From Sphagnum compactum (Eukaryota): 64,000 bases of DNA. A program made the position numbers and the translations under genes. Under the pieces are notes generated by a model that worked only from the letters and a program-made list of their open reading frames with translations, ran no database searches and was not told the origin of the DNA. Shown here in pieces: positions 14,133 through 27,661 of this stretch. Numbering within the stretch: position 1 is the stretch's first letter; every line of letters begins with the position of its first letter. The stretch is taken from NCBI GenBank assembly GCA_965153455.1, contig OZ234493.1:12576213-12640212 (forward strand). The letters run 5' to 3'.

Positions 14133-16620
14133 CACTCTTAGAAATTTTGGGTTTTGCAACTATCGTTTGCAACTAAAATTCAGTTGCATGCGACACATGC
14201 AACTGCAAATTTGTGTTGCCTAAGACAAGTTGCACATGACAGCAATTGCATGCGACACTACGTATGCAACATGTATATACGGTGTTAGTATACATGTTCA
14301 TACATACATACTAATCCAAATGAGTTGCACCTTATGTGCAACTTTCCTTGCAATTACAATGCAACTAATCAAAATATGACACATGTTTAAAAATTAGACA
14401 ACTAGCTTGTGGACACGTGTCATTATTTAATTTTTTGTGTTTCAAAATTAAAAATTCATTGGATTAATCTCAATCATTAAAGTTTTTGCTAATAGGATGA
14501 TCACACGTGGCACACCATGGAACGTTCATTGACCATTTGACACGTGTTCACTTTAAAACACCAATTATATGGTGACACGTGGCAATCAAGGCCCACCTAT
14601 TTTTAAAATTTTGAATATTATTTAATGAAATTTATGTCATCAAATTTATGGCTAATAAGATGTTGACACGTGGTGCCTAAGTAGGTAGATAATAATTAAA
14701 CCCTATTAAGTAAGTAGGTTTATTTAGGTATGTAAGTAGGTTGAAAGTTAACTAGACTTAGGTTATATAAGTAGGTTTAGAATAATCCGATTTTATTTTT
14801 AGGTTTGACCATTTCATGAAGGTCAAATTTTTTTCATTCACTCATCCCCAATGGCACTTGGTATTTGGTTTCAACATAACTATTGCTCCTAGTTATATAC
14901 TGAGCCAAATAGAATTGGAAGCCAAAGGATATGGGTTAAACATTCCATTGCAAACCTCATGAACCAACCTAGTTGCACATTAGATGTAACTATTGTATTA
15001 AAGTATACCAGCCAGGGGAGGGCTTTGTTGCTTTTGGTGTCTAAACAAAACTTGACCTCCTCTTGACGCATCTAACACACTAAGAATCGTTGAAAACAGA
15101 TTAGAAATGAGAAAGTTATGGCCCCCCAAAATAAAGGGGGTCAAAAAACTCAAAAAGAAACTATTGAACACTACAAAGGCCGGTTCTTAAACACCAAGAA
15201 AGTTCATTTTATGTTTTTTTTTGCTATTAAAGTTCCAATGTGATTTGTAGGACTTCAGATGGCGCTCCTATAACACTTAAAATTGTTTCAAATGCATAAG
15301 AAATAAGAAAGTTATGAGCTTTGAAAGTAGGAGGGGTCCAAAGAAAAAAACAAAAAACAAAACGTTTTATAACTTGAAAAGCTTATATTTCTTATTTTTC
15401 TTCTTGTTAGTTTTTCATTATTCCTTTTCTTTTGCACTTCAAAGGTGATTATAGGATATTTTTAGTAATTATGATTATTTAATGAAAATATGATTTTAAT
15501 ATTATTATCTAGTTTAAATTAATAATTAGCTTAGGACGTTTGTATACTTGTAGGTTAATTAGTGTAGCCTATTTACATTAGTATTTTAACATGAATAATA
15601 AAATTTAAATATATAATACCTATGATTATATATATATATAATTCATTATCATTATATTTATAATAAAAATTTATTAATAATTATGATTATTTATAATAAA
15701 ATTTATAATATTATCTATCATATTAATTTATTTTGAATAATTTTTTGTTTAATCAAATGTACATTTTGAAAAAATATACCAAAATAAAATAAAGTCAAAC
15801 ATATTTAAACCATGGTTTAGTTTAACTTAATTGAGTTTAGCATAATTTAGTTTAGCAATAAATAGTTTAACCTAACTTAATTTAGCCATAATTAGTTTGG
15901 CCTAACTTAATTTAGCCATATTTATTTTAGCCTAGTTTAATTTAGCTTAATTTATTTTAGCCATAATTAATATAATCTAATTTAATTTAACCTAATTTGA
16001 TTTAGCCATAATTAGTTTGGCCTAACTTAATTTAGCCATAGTTAATTTAAATTAATTGAATTTAGCCATAGTTAATTTAAATTAATTTAATTTAACCATA
16101 ATTATTTTAGCCAAACTTAATTTAACTATGGTTAGTTTAGCTTAATTTAATTTAATTTAGCCATAATTAATTTAGTTTAACTTAATTTAACCATGGTTAA
16201 TTTAACTTAATTTAAATTTGTCAGAATTAGTTTAGCCTAACTTAATTTAGCCATGGTTAGTTTGACTTTTTAGTTTATTTAGCTTAGGTTAGTTTAACCA
16301 TGGTTATTTTTACCTAGGTTAGTTTAGAGGTTATTTTAAACCCCTTAGTACTAAAGGTACATAAACTATTATATATAGCCTATGTAGATATATTAAGTAT
16401 AGTAATTTAAGTATGTATAGGTTTAGGCCATTATTTTTATGACCTGTGTCCATGTTATACACATTTAGTTGCATGTTAGTTCCACACACAACCGTATGAC
16501 CCAAAAATTATACAATACCAAATTTGTAGTTGTAAACATGATCAAGATAGTTACAAACGACAACTAGTTGCATGCCAGTTGCATAATGACTGGTTGCAAA
16601 TGACAAGATTTCTAGTAGTG
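14133..16620. mobile_element. Nested non-autonomous CACTA element, ~2.5 kb
   Basis: Left end CACTCTTAGAAATTTTG; right end (reverse complement) CACTACTAGAAATCTTG. Perfect 3-bp TSD ATT (14130-14132 and 16621-16623). Dense subterminal TTGCAAC/AGTTGCA repeats at both ends. No transposase ORF. Confidence 0.82.
15810..16330. repeat. Minisatellite of degenerate 10-bp units (TAATTTAGCC/TAGTTTAGCC/TAACTTAATT) inside the inner CACTA
   Basis: Dozens of phased copies, e.g. CCTAACTTAATTTAGCCATA recurring at 15870, 15901, 16021. Confidence 0.8.
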
Positions 16621-19340
16621 ATTTTGGAATTTTAATGTTTATTCATTTCTTTTCATGTGATAGCTTAATATTTATTAAAAATGATGATCAAAATTCATCA
16701 AACATTACAATACATGTAAGTTTATTTGTAAAAATGAGTGGTTGTGTATGATCATTGATGTAAATATTATTTTTGTGCATTTAAAAAATAACATTTAATA
16801 AATTGAAATGAAAATTTTACAAATTAAAATATAAGTTGAAAATAATGCATATGTTCAATAAATGTAATTTCTAAGTTTTTTATAAATCAAATTTAGTTTT
16901 CAACATATTACATAATGACGAATAATCAATATTTTTGTGGAACTTTATTTTTTATTCATTTTTATACACATGATAGCTTTATATTTGTTAAAAATATTAA
17001 AATTCATTAAATTGAAACTACACATGTAAATTATATTAATAAAAATGAAACATTATGTATGATGGGAAAAAAAACATTTAAATAATAAATTAAATCTAAA
17101 AATAAAATTTAATAAATTGAAGTATAAGTAGATAATAATTTGTATTGAAATACACGTTAACAATAATGTGTTCAACACATGTAATGATAGCTAATTCTAT
17201 GTATATTAATAATATTTTAATTAATAATAATTCTATTATATTTAAGAATACTAATAAATAGTAAAATATTAATAAATAGTTCCAATGATGAAATTTTGAG
17301 AAATTGATATATGGGTGATTTTGCATAATCTTTCATAGGCTTGTAGAATTCATTGTATGGTCATCCTTGGACAATTCTAGAGACAACTCATAATTACTTC
17401 AACTTGATTACCTCATTTTTTAATAACTATTTCATTTTTAAAAAATAACTACCTCCTTTTTAAACCTTACCCACCATGGATATAATGTTTAATAAAGTTT
17501 AAATTAAATTTGAAATTGATATAAATAATAATGATATATTGAAAATCGGATGGGAACATGATTATAAAAAAAAAAAGGTTGAATGTCATTGGTAGTGCGC
17601 AACAACACAAAGCCCAAGTTAATAATAATATTTTATTAGACTAAATTTAATTAACTATAAAATATGGAATAAAAATTTGATATGACATATTTATTACATG
17701 TAATCAACGTTAAAAAAAACCCAGGCAAAGTGAACTATTAGTTTAGGTCTTGGTTTAATTAAATTAAAACTAGGTTGTAATTTAGTTACAACAAGATTGC
17801 AATTAATTAAATTGCAACTAGGGTAAACTAGTCAACCACCATACATTTAGAGAATTTCAAATCTTAATACGTCATTCCTTTGCTTTACAAGTTCACAATG
17901 ATGTTTTAAGGCTCAACTTAGTGCACCCATGGCCATTTAAATAATTCAAAATAAATAAAAAATGAAGAAGATACATGCATTGGAAGTAGGTGGGGTACAT
18001 GTTTGGTTATAGGATTAATTCACACATTAAAATTTAGTACATTCATTCTCTTTGGGGGTTTTCTATGTTTGCCCTTTGCCTTTGAAGCTTAAAAAAGAAG
18101 TAATGTAAAGCTTAGATAGGTGCACCCATAGCTCTTTAAATCACGCAAAATGAATAAGAAATGAAGAAGATATGACATTCTAAAATAATGGGTCATTTTT
18201 TGGAAAAACACATCATCTGATTTTGACATGTTTTATGTTTTTTTAATGTTGTTCCTTTGCTTCTAAAGTTTACAGAGATAATGTAGAGCTTACATTGGCA
18301 TTTCCATAACTTTTTACATCACTCAAATCAAATAAAAAATGAGAGTGATTTATAAATGTTTAGTTGTAAACCTATGTGTGTTGTTAGGTGAGTTGTTACG
18401 TGGCAAGTAAAATGTTTGTTCCATATTGTTTGACTTCCATTTAAATAATCCAAACTATATATAAACAAGTGCATTAGGATGATGGAGAATCAAATTAAAC
18501 ATGAAAATCTAATAGCCGTTTGGGGTGAGCCAATAAAAAAGGTTCAATCTTAAAGGCTAAATTAAATGAAATATGATTTTATTTGTGATTTAGGTTTAGG
18601 CCTAACCTAATGCCTAGGTTTGGCCCTAGCTTAACTTAGGTGGTTGTTTATGTTTAGGCCTAGCTTAGGTGCTTAGATTTAGCTTTAACTTAAGCCTTGA
18701 CTAAGGGGCTTAGGTTTTAACCTAACCCTTGCCTAGACAATTAAATGGTTGCCTATGACTAGGTGCCATGTACATAGATAGGCCTAGGTTATGCCACATG
18801 TCATTTAACTATTAGTTCATTCCAAACCTTATTAAATCACCACACGTGTCATCCCACCATTGGCCATCATAGTTGCAACATAATTGACCTTTCAATTTAA
18901 TTTATACTATGGTTGATCAATGCTGGAATGTTTTGGGTGTGTCACACATCACCACATCATTGGTTAAACATTCAATTGACACAATTGAAATGTAGTCAAA
19001 ATTGCAACTGAATATTTTGTTGATGTCATACATAATCAATGAATGAAGTTCATCCACTAGTCAAAAGGAGTTGACAACATTTTGTGACTAGGTTAGTAAA
19101 ATAGTTTGTAACTAAAATGGTTAATGATGGTTATTGATGTGGTGTTGACATGTGGCATCACTTTTTCAATTAGAATGTCATTGTCAACTTGTACTTGTTA
19201 ATTTTTTTGGTTTATAGTTGAAAAAAACATTTTTTAGTTGCAAAAAATACTTTGCAACTATTTTTGTTACTTTCAATAATGTTTTATAGTCAAGATGTAG
19301 TTGAAAATGTAGTTACAAAAGGGGGGGGTTTCTACTCGTG

Positions 19341-20420
19341 CAATAACTTCCACTACCATAGGCATGGTTTTCTTTATTAATGGTAGTTTAAGTCATCACA
19401 CCAATTCCTTATCAATGAAAATGCAAATGCACCAAAACAAAACAACATTTCAATTTTCATTGTCATGGACTTGTTACATTTGATCGTGATTAAAAATAAT
19501 AAACAAAATGTTGGGTCTGAAAATAGGTTGGGACCATTTCAATTGAATGATCACTACGACAAAAGGTGTCCCTGTACGCCAAGTGATTTCACTGGATTTT
19601 GAGTGAATTCACTTGTTATAGTGAACGGGGACCAGTGAAAAAGCAGTGAATTCACTAGTTTAATGAACTGGGACTAGTGAATTGCACCCACATTTTGTAG
19701 TAGTGGATGTATCGAAATCTAATCTCATGATCCTTATTGAGACCAAACATCTTCATTTCCAAAATCTTTAAAATGAGGGTGTTGATAAAATTGGCCTAGG
19801 ATGTGTGTTACATTTATTTCTTTGGACAATTGCTAGCAATGTGACATGGTTTTCCACAATACAAACATAATTTGTCTGCACGTTATTTTCTTGTTCTGTA
19901 AATGATTTGAATTGTGTTTTATTGATTTGCATAGGATCATCTTTTGGTGCACATGCCATTGGTGGGAATGGTGTGGTGGGCATGAAATTTTTCTAGAATG
20001 GTGACGATTCTTAACACCTTTCTTAACGTCATTCAAAAAATTTATAATCCCGTTGAATGACTCAAGCAATAGTTTGATTCAATGTCTTGGGATTTGGCAT
20101 GTTATGAATAATAAATATTTAACATGATTACGTAATCTAAATTGGAATTGATTCATCAATGTAATTTCGCCCCACGAAATATTGCATCAAAATTCATGAT
20201 TACAAAACCAAAAGTTGTTCTTACCCATAACAAATGGAGATCACATTTTGATATTCTAGCATTTTTTGAAACAAAATGGTTCATTTTCATGGGTACAAAA
20301 ATTACAAAGACAAATGATGAAAGGATAGGTCTAAATCTAAATCCAAAATACGAAACAAAAAAATGAAAACAAGAACACAAAGGCTAAAGCCAAAAACACA
20401 AGGTGTGCAAGACCAAAGTC
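19341..20420 (-). mobile_element. Ty3/gypsy LTR-retrotransposon remnant, proximal part (gag C-terminus, decayed zinc knuckle, protease N-terminal half)
   Basis: Minus-strand fragments LRNHVKYLL..MPNPKTLNQTIA, PKDDPMQINKTQFKSFTEQE followed by a frameshifted CCHC region, and ..IDKELV..LKLPLIKKTMPMVVEVI, which continues at 13438. Confidence 0.75.
19552..19705. mobile_element. 154-bp CACTA-type MITE
   Basis: TIRs CACTACGACAAAA / CACTACTACAAAA (12/13 match). Perfect 3-bp TSD GAT (19549-19551 and 19706-19708). Internal palindromic AGTGAATTCACT-type repeats at 19582, 19602, 19645, 19676. Confidence 0.88.
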
Positions 20421-20789
20421 TAAACAAATTTTTATTGTGATAAAGTAAGAAAGTGTAAACATGAAAAGAACATGACAAGGCTATGGTGTAAGATTGTGCA
20501 TCAAATTGATGTTGAGAAGATTGAAAGTAATGGGGGGCCCTACTTCTATTTATACCATTTTGGGGACCTAGTTTAAGGAAACTTCCATGTAGATTTCCAT
20601 TTGCCCACTAACCAAAAGAAACTTTTAAAGATGTTTCTTAATTACAAATGAACTATAATTAATTAAGACTGAATTAAAGTCAAGTAATAATTAATTAAGA
20701 GTGGACTAGAAATGAACTAGGAGCTAACTACGAGTGAATTATGAGTGGATTATGTAATCATGGATGGAATCCATGTGAATGAACTCCAT

Positions 20790-22068
20790 TCATCATGTGA
20801 TCATGTTCAATGTTGGTGTCCATGACATTTGTGACACAAATCATGTTCTTTTAGGAATTTTAATATCTTTGTTAGCAACCTTGTAATACTACAAGAATCT
20901 GTTTGCTCTTGCTTCCCTTTCCTAGATTTTGTAATCCAAATTCGAGTTGTTTGCAATAATGCTTGACCATTTTTCAAATTCACTTTTGAAAATCTAGCAC
21001 ACACCTTAGAACCATCAAAATCATACTGACATGCCTTTGACTTGGCATGGCCAAAACATGATCCCACATATGAACTGGCTAATTAAAGAAGACGCAAGTA
21101 ATAACACTTGTCAACGTCAAAATCAAGGTATTTAATTTCGACAGTTTTGTCCTTGACATATGCATTGACTTTGTCAAGTAACCAAAAGAATACAATAAGG
21201 CTTTTACCTGGTTTGCCATGGTTATACTTGTTATATTATGCACTTCAAAAATTCCCATTATAACATGTGTGGGCTCCCATCATTTGTTGATAAAACTAAC
21301 AACCATCATAAAGGTGCCATGTTCATCATAAAACATCCAAAGATCAAAAGATGTGCATGTAAGGCATGAAGTAAGCAAGGGCAAAACATATATTTACCTA
21401 GTTTTTTTTCCACAATGTTTGGTAACACATTTGTCACTAGTTGATGTTTAAATGAAAACACAACACATGATCACTATCTTAAAACCATGCATTTCAACTA
21501 TGGATTTTCAATAGAAGACAATGGATGGTAACCTTTTGCAATGTATAAGACCAAGTCTTCAAGAAAGGCATGTTATGTAGGCTTAATTTTGTTATAAAGC
21601 TAATGGCTACCAAAAAACTTAATGATTAGAGGAGGGATATTCTTCCTTTTTTTGATGTTTCTTGTTGATTTCCATCTCCTTGATCTTTTGTGCCAACAAA
21701 TCCCTCCTCTTGACTTCTTCCAAATGTTCATGAGATATATGTTTTCTCAAATAAGATGCCCCATGGTCTTTGTTATAGCTCATAGGGCCCTTATTTTTCC
21801 CATGGGAAGCATAATTAACATAAACATAAACTAGATGGGAGTGGCAAACAATATAACACATGACTTGGGGATGACAATAAATAATTTGTGCACCATCATT
21901 AACAACAAAAAACCCCCAATAACTCGTAGTGCGATACCAAGGATACCATATGTTTCGGTTGGCCATAAGCTTTAAAAAAGTGCCCTTGGAAGATGCATCT
22001 TTGTCAATATATGAATCAATGTTCGATGCTTCTTGTGATCCTTGAATAATACTTTCAACAAGAGACAT
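20790..22068 (-). mobile_element. Decayed hAT transposase (BED-finger-like N-terminus), pseudogenised
   Basis: Minus-strand fragments WGFFVVND..VMCYIVCH..SYNKDHGASYLRKHISHEH (BED-like), TCTSFDLWM (first catalytic Asp motif), FINKWWEPTHVIMGIFEV, and YVGSCFGHAKSKACQY (CxxH). Multiple frameshifts. Confidence 0.72.
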
Positions 22069-22183
22069 TTATCACATGTTAGGGCACATTTGATGCCATT
22101 TTATGATGATTTAGAAGGGGAAAAAACTAATTAATGTCATGCAACAACATATGAAGTCTTCACTGTTCAAGAATTAGATTTAG

Positions 22184-22678
22184 GGCAAGGAAACAAAACA
22201 TTAGAACAAAAGAGGAAAGGATTAATGACAAGCTACCTAAAATTGTTTGAAGGTTGTTAAACTATTGAAATATCATGCTCACCCAAAAAAATGATGAAGA
22301 AAGAAGAAAGGTCGCTGAAAAACATGAAGCACATAATTGATGTCAAAAAGCTCAACATTGATGAGGATAGAAAGAAACAACTTTGAGAAGCAATGTTTTG
22401 GTTCATTGCAAAGATGAAAAACAACAAATTTGCAAAACATCAACAAGAAAAAAAAAACCCTAAAAAAAATCAATGTAATGCAAGGAAATGAACCATTAGA
22501 ACAAAAGAGGAGAGGGATGAATGAATATTTGAAATTGTTGAAGTTACCAAGTTGTTGAAGTATCCCGCTAGCTCATAAAAATGTCCAAAAGAAAAGGTCA
22601 TTGAAAAACATAAAGCACATAGTGGAGCTCAAAAAGCAAAAAAAAGCTCGATGAGAATAACAAGAATCAACTTTGACA
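22184..22678. repeat. Diverged direct tandem duplication (~295-bp period)
   Basis: GCAAGGAAA..ATTAGAACAAAAGAGG...GAAAAACAT.AAGCACATA...CAAAAAGC...CAACTTTGA occurs at 22184-22387 and again at 22480-22678. Confidence 0.7.
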
Positions 22679-24135
22679 TGATGAAGAGAGGTAAAAGCTC
22701 AACTAAACCCACTTTACCCTTACCTGGAACCTTTGGATATATTTCACGGATATATATAGGTTATACAATGCATGGTGAGAGATCCTAGCAACTTGCAGGA
22801 GTTCAGTGCTCAGACCAGTGTGGGGCGGATATGAAAAAATTAGGAACCCAACCCCTCGTGGTTATCAGGTCTGTTCACACATGGTTCATCATAATCCACG
22901 GTTCTCACATTTTTGAGAAACTAAAATAAAAGTATCACCTTTAACAATATCCAGTTATTGTTCTTGCAATCCCACCCTTCATTTTAGGTCAAATTTTTTA
23001 ATACAAGTTTTTTGAGCTTTCATGTCCTTCAATGTATTTTCTTATGTTTGACAAATTGGAAAGTTTTGAAACATCATGTTTCATACAAAGAAATTTGGGA
23101 TTCATCCCATTGGCTCGGTCTTTCAACCCTTAACATCCATCCATACATCCATCATCTCTTTTTTACATGACAATAGGTAGTGTGGTTTAGTGTTTTAGGG
23201 CTTTACATGACAATTGTGCTTGGTTGTTGTTGCTCTAGAAGAAATTATAGGAATTCCAACTTTAGGTTCATAACCTTGTCTTTCATAGATTTCCTTCTCA
23301 AAGTGTACTCATGTGATTTAGGAAGGAGTGTGCAATGCAAACCTTGTGGTGTAAGGTTTATTCCATGGTGGAATTTTTGTTTTTTGGCTTTCTATCCATT
23401 TGTCGATTACACAACATGAAGAAACTAAGCAACTTGTTCCTCTCAAATCTTAGGGTTGACAAACCTAATTGTATCTATTCTATGCTATTCATTGTGGGGA
23501 ATTCAATGTGGTCAAAATGGCAAGTATGGGTGCTACAATTTCCTCCCTCTTTAATAAATAACGAGAAAGGTGTTAAATACAAGGGGGGCTATGCTTATGA
23601 TATTTTCAGTAAATTTTATTTACTTATAATCATAATAATAGGTATCATGTGTATATTAGGTAAATAATTACTCCTTAGAACACTAAAATAGCAAATAAAC
23701 CAAAAATTTCACAAGAAGGCAATATAAGGAAAATACCCCAAAAAAATTTAATCACAATAAATGAAATCAGGAAATTGTTGGGAAATTTAAACCCTAAAGT
23801 AATTAACCTTAACACAAGCATCTTCCTCCCAAAAAATTATGTAATCTTCAGTTCATTATTTATAAGACTCCAATTTGGATCATTATTTTGGATCATATGT
23901 TAATAAAATGCAAAAGTTGGGTGCACTATTTGATCGGTTCTAATTAACCATATGTGATTATTAACAAAACTAATATGTTAATTAATTAATTAGGGGGAAA
24001 AAAAAGTCACATGGGGATCGTTAACGTACAATAGCCCATTTGTACAAGAGATACATACCCTCCCACACACTCTCCCTTCCCCGACATGTATTGGAAAACA
24101 TCATGTTTAGAAGATTTGATTAAGCCTGGATTAGT

Positions 24136-24165
<30 letters not shown>
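24136..24165 (+). repeat. Poly-G homopolymer (30 nt)
   Basis: Directly visible run of G. Confidence 0.9.
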
Positions 24166-24167
<2 letters not shown>

Positions 24168-27100
24168 TATTATCCCTGGCTCACCCTGCAGCACCGGATT
24201 TGATTCAAGTGTATATCTAGTACTAAGCCCCGCTTGGTAGGGGCACGAGTCGAGGGCAGGGTGCCAACTACAAATCGATCGATTCCCCGTATTCTTGTCT
24301 CCAAGAAACATGCATGTTACTTGACACAATCCATGATCGGCTTTTCTTTCATCCGCATTAATAGGGCTTGGTTTAGGGTTTTGGAAACTACCATAAGGTT
24401 TAGGTTTAAGGGTTTAGGGTTTAGGTTAAAGGATAATCCCAAACCAAGCCCTAAACCCTTGAAAACTACCATAATTTATCATATTATGGAGATAATTAAT
24501 TATATACAAATGACAAGCCCATATAATTTTATAGAGGTCTCTATGTACATGTATGTATTATGTACCCATGTCTTATAGCAATGTTATGTTACATTGAGGT
24601 CTTGAAGTGCTAGAATGCCTTCAATAATTTTAAAAAGAAAGAATTAATAAACTTTTTTTTTGCTCATGTTTTTCAACAATGCTCATACATTTATAAATTT
24701 GTATAGGGGAAAGCTGAAAGTATACAAAAAGCACCTTTCTTTTTGAAAAAAATACATTCTTCCAATACTATGATATTACAACCTCAATACTATGTCAAAT
24801 TATCGAAATTATGACACCTCAATAACGTGACACTTTCATTGTATCTTAAGGTGTCATATTAAAGAAGGGGAATAATATATACATTTTGAACATCTAATTT
24901 GTGAATTGTGTAAACTTAAGGCCTAGCACATCAATATAGCCTAATATGGGTAGGGCAAACCACTTAATCATATGTCCAAAACATGGATTGCAACAAGATG
25001 TATTAGATGTTTAAGTTGGCATTGAGCTTTAAAACTCCATTTCCATCAAAGTTTGCAATATCAAAATTTTAAATGATGTCTCATTTTTTATGATAAAAAG
25101 ACTCTAACTATATACATTAGATATCCCATCTACGATTAGACTATGGTAAAAAATTAGCACATAGAAAATTAGAGAATATTATTGATAATGGTATGCCAAT
25201 ATTAGGTGCCAATGTTTAAGGGTTAATGCAAGGTTCACACTAATGTGGTTCCGGTTATACTTAGGTTTGCGACCCATGACTTGGGTCCTAAGTGAAAAAT
25301 TATGATGATGAGCATGGTTCATAGAGTTGAGTACTTTGATACAGACATGTTATAGTTTCATCTTCCTTTTTTTTTGTCAAGAACATGATTTTAAAAAATT
25401 AATCAGGGGCATTATCCTTTAATATTTATATGAGGGACATTGGATTAAGTTAGTGCAACTTACAAGCAAAACTTTGATTATCATCACTTGTGGACATGGG
25501 GAAGCTTCAAAGTGATCTTAAAGCATTGGAAATCCATCACATGACAAGAGAGGGAACAATTATAGAGCAATTATGGAGCACCCAACAAAACCTATTATAA
25601 TAATAATAACAAGTCATTTGTTTGGACAACTTTGGGATAGGATAAACTACCAGAGAGACAGAGAGGAAGTGTGAGGTGGGTACTATATTAGTAGGGGCCA
25701 CATTGAACCAGGCACCTTACAATGGTTGGTACCTTCACATTCTCGAGTGAGGAGGCCTCCTAGTGACCATATTAAACCCAATAAATGTTAGATTTGGACT
25801 CAAAGACCCTGATTTTAGTCTAAGCATGCAATTTTTTTACAATATTTAGAAACAATTTTTTAAAAAAATTTGGGATTTCTACCATGGTACTTGTGTCAAG
25901 TGCTCCTTTACCCAAGGCCACAGGTACGTATTTAAACTCGAAGGATCCAAACCTTGTTTTAGCTCCCTTGTAAAGTTTGGGCCAAATGCGTGCCCAATTT
26001 CTTAAACCCTAAGCGATGAGGTGGAGACTTATGTCCATTTCTAAAAATTTAAAGTGTTTTAATTGTTGGGGGAAAATGCTTTTGTGTGTGTTTTTACTAG
26101 GTGTCTAATGAAGACAATTACTTTGTGTAATTTAGTTAAAGATGCGAATCTATTGTAGTAAAGGTTAGATTGACCCCATATGACCAATGGCTAAGCCATG
26201 AATTTGTGGGCAATGAATCTGTGTTCTTCTGAGGTCACAATTGAATTTGCTAGCCATCCACATGGTTATTGGCATTGCTACCTTAAGATCTCTTTTCATT
26301 AGGCAGCTATGAACACATATTGTACCTCAACAACAACTTTTCATTACATTTGTTCCACTCAGTTGTGCTCACAGGCATCTCAGAGATCTCTAGGTCAAAC
26401 ATTGACCAAATGTAACAGCAGCTGTTTGAGTTATGAGTCAACTTGTGAATCATCATAATGAGTGACATTTATCATCCTCATTTGTGGGGATCATGTGTTT
26501 TTGTAAGTTCCTTCCAATGTTCTCTCCAAAGTTCCCCCCACATATGAAATGTTCTCAACATTCCTAACAACTACAAATTTTAGGCTGATAAGTGCAGCTG
26601 TCCAATGGGAAGTGCATGTCCATGCAGCAAGAAACAAGGTTCCATTTCCATGGCTTTCCACTACCTACCTAGGTCACTATGAACTCTGTATAAACTGTGT
26701 TCGCAACAACAGCCTAATGGAAAGAGAACCTTTAATAGTGGGGAATGTCAAAGGCATATTTTGGAAACCATGAAGCATCTATCTACTACAAGCAAATTTC
26801 CAAATGGAGATTTTATATGGAGGGAATTTGGATTTGGTATCAAGGCTTTTAGAAGATTTTATGTAGGGAAGTTGAATTTGGTACCAAGTCTTTCAGATCC
26901 ACATAGAAGGGGAGCAAATGTAGGGATTTGGAGGACTTTTTAGGATCCATGTTTTGGGGTTACTACATACATACTTGTCCTCTCCAAAATCTCACATGTA
27001 AAATGCATCATAGCATCCACTTATTTGATAGCTTGACCTACTACTTACTTACTTACCTACCTACCTACCTAGATAGTAACAATTTATAGGTATTCCCTAC

Positions 27101-27623
27101 TCATTTAGGCTATGGTACTTATTACTTACACACAATCACATATGTAGTTAAACTAGGTAGAGTGAGATGAAAAGCAGGACTAGGGTTTACAAGGATAAGT
27201 CACCAAGATGGAACTTTGCTAACTCGGTTGTGGGTTCATGGACAAACGGAGCCTTTTAAATAGGTTTCCAACACTAGTAGTAGTGGGTGCTTGGTGCATG
27301 GAGTTGTGTGTAGTTGTGTGTCGGCTCACCCCATAGTTAACAAGTTTAACCAAACCCATTTATTAATTCATGGACATGCATAGTTCTTGATTCAACTAAG
27401 ATTCAAGTTGTTGCTAGCTAGTTTGTATCCGGTTGATTAAAACGGTGAGTGAGTAACATGGTTGAATCGATGTGTGGATTTGCTTCCAAAGGGTTGGGTT
27501 CAATGTGTATAATTTTGTAAAAATTGTTGGATTAGTTTGAATGGATGGCCAGTTGGTAGATTTAGGGTTTTATTTATTTTAATACCTTATTTGCATTTTT
27601 ACACACATAATCTGTACAAAACT

Positions 27624-27661
<38 letters not shown>

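Larger units (their letters stand above)
13442..19340. mobile_element. Non-autonomous CACTA (En/Spm) DNA transposon, ~5.9 kb, inserted in the gypsy protease
   Basis: Left end CACTAATAGAAAACCCCC; right end (reverse complement) CACGAGTAGAAACCCCCC. Subterminal TTTTCAACTA/GCAACTA repeats. Flanks TAA/CAA form a 3-bp TSD with one C>T change. Removing the element restores the protease frame EVI-D. Confidence 0.8.

Noticed and set aside
15810..16330. Regularly spaced repeats as a possible CRISPR-like array
   Set aside because: No unique spacers, units are contiguous and degenerate, the context is eukaryotic, and there are no cas genes.
27629..27658. (AT)n and other microsatellites (CA, GA, GAAG, GTTTT, GATG) across the window
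   Set aside because: Ordinary simple repeats with no further structure.
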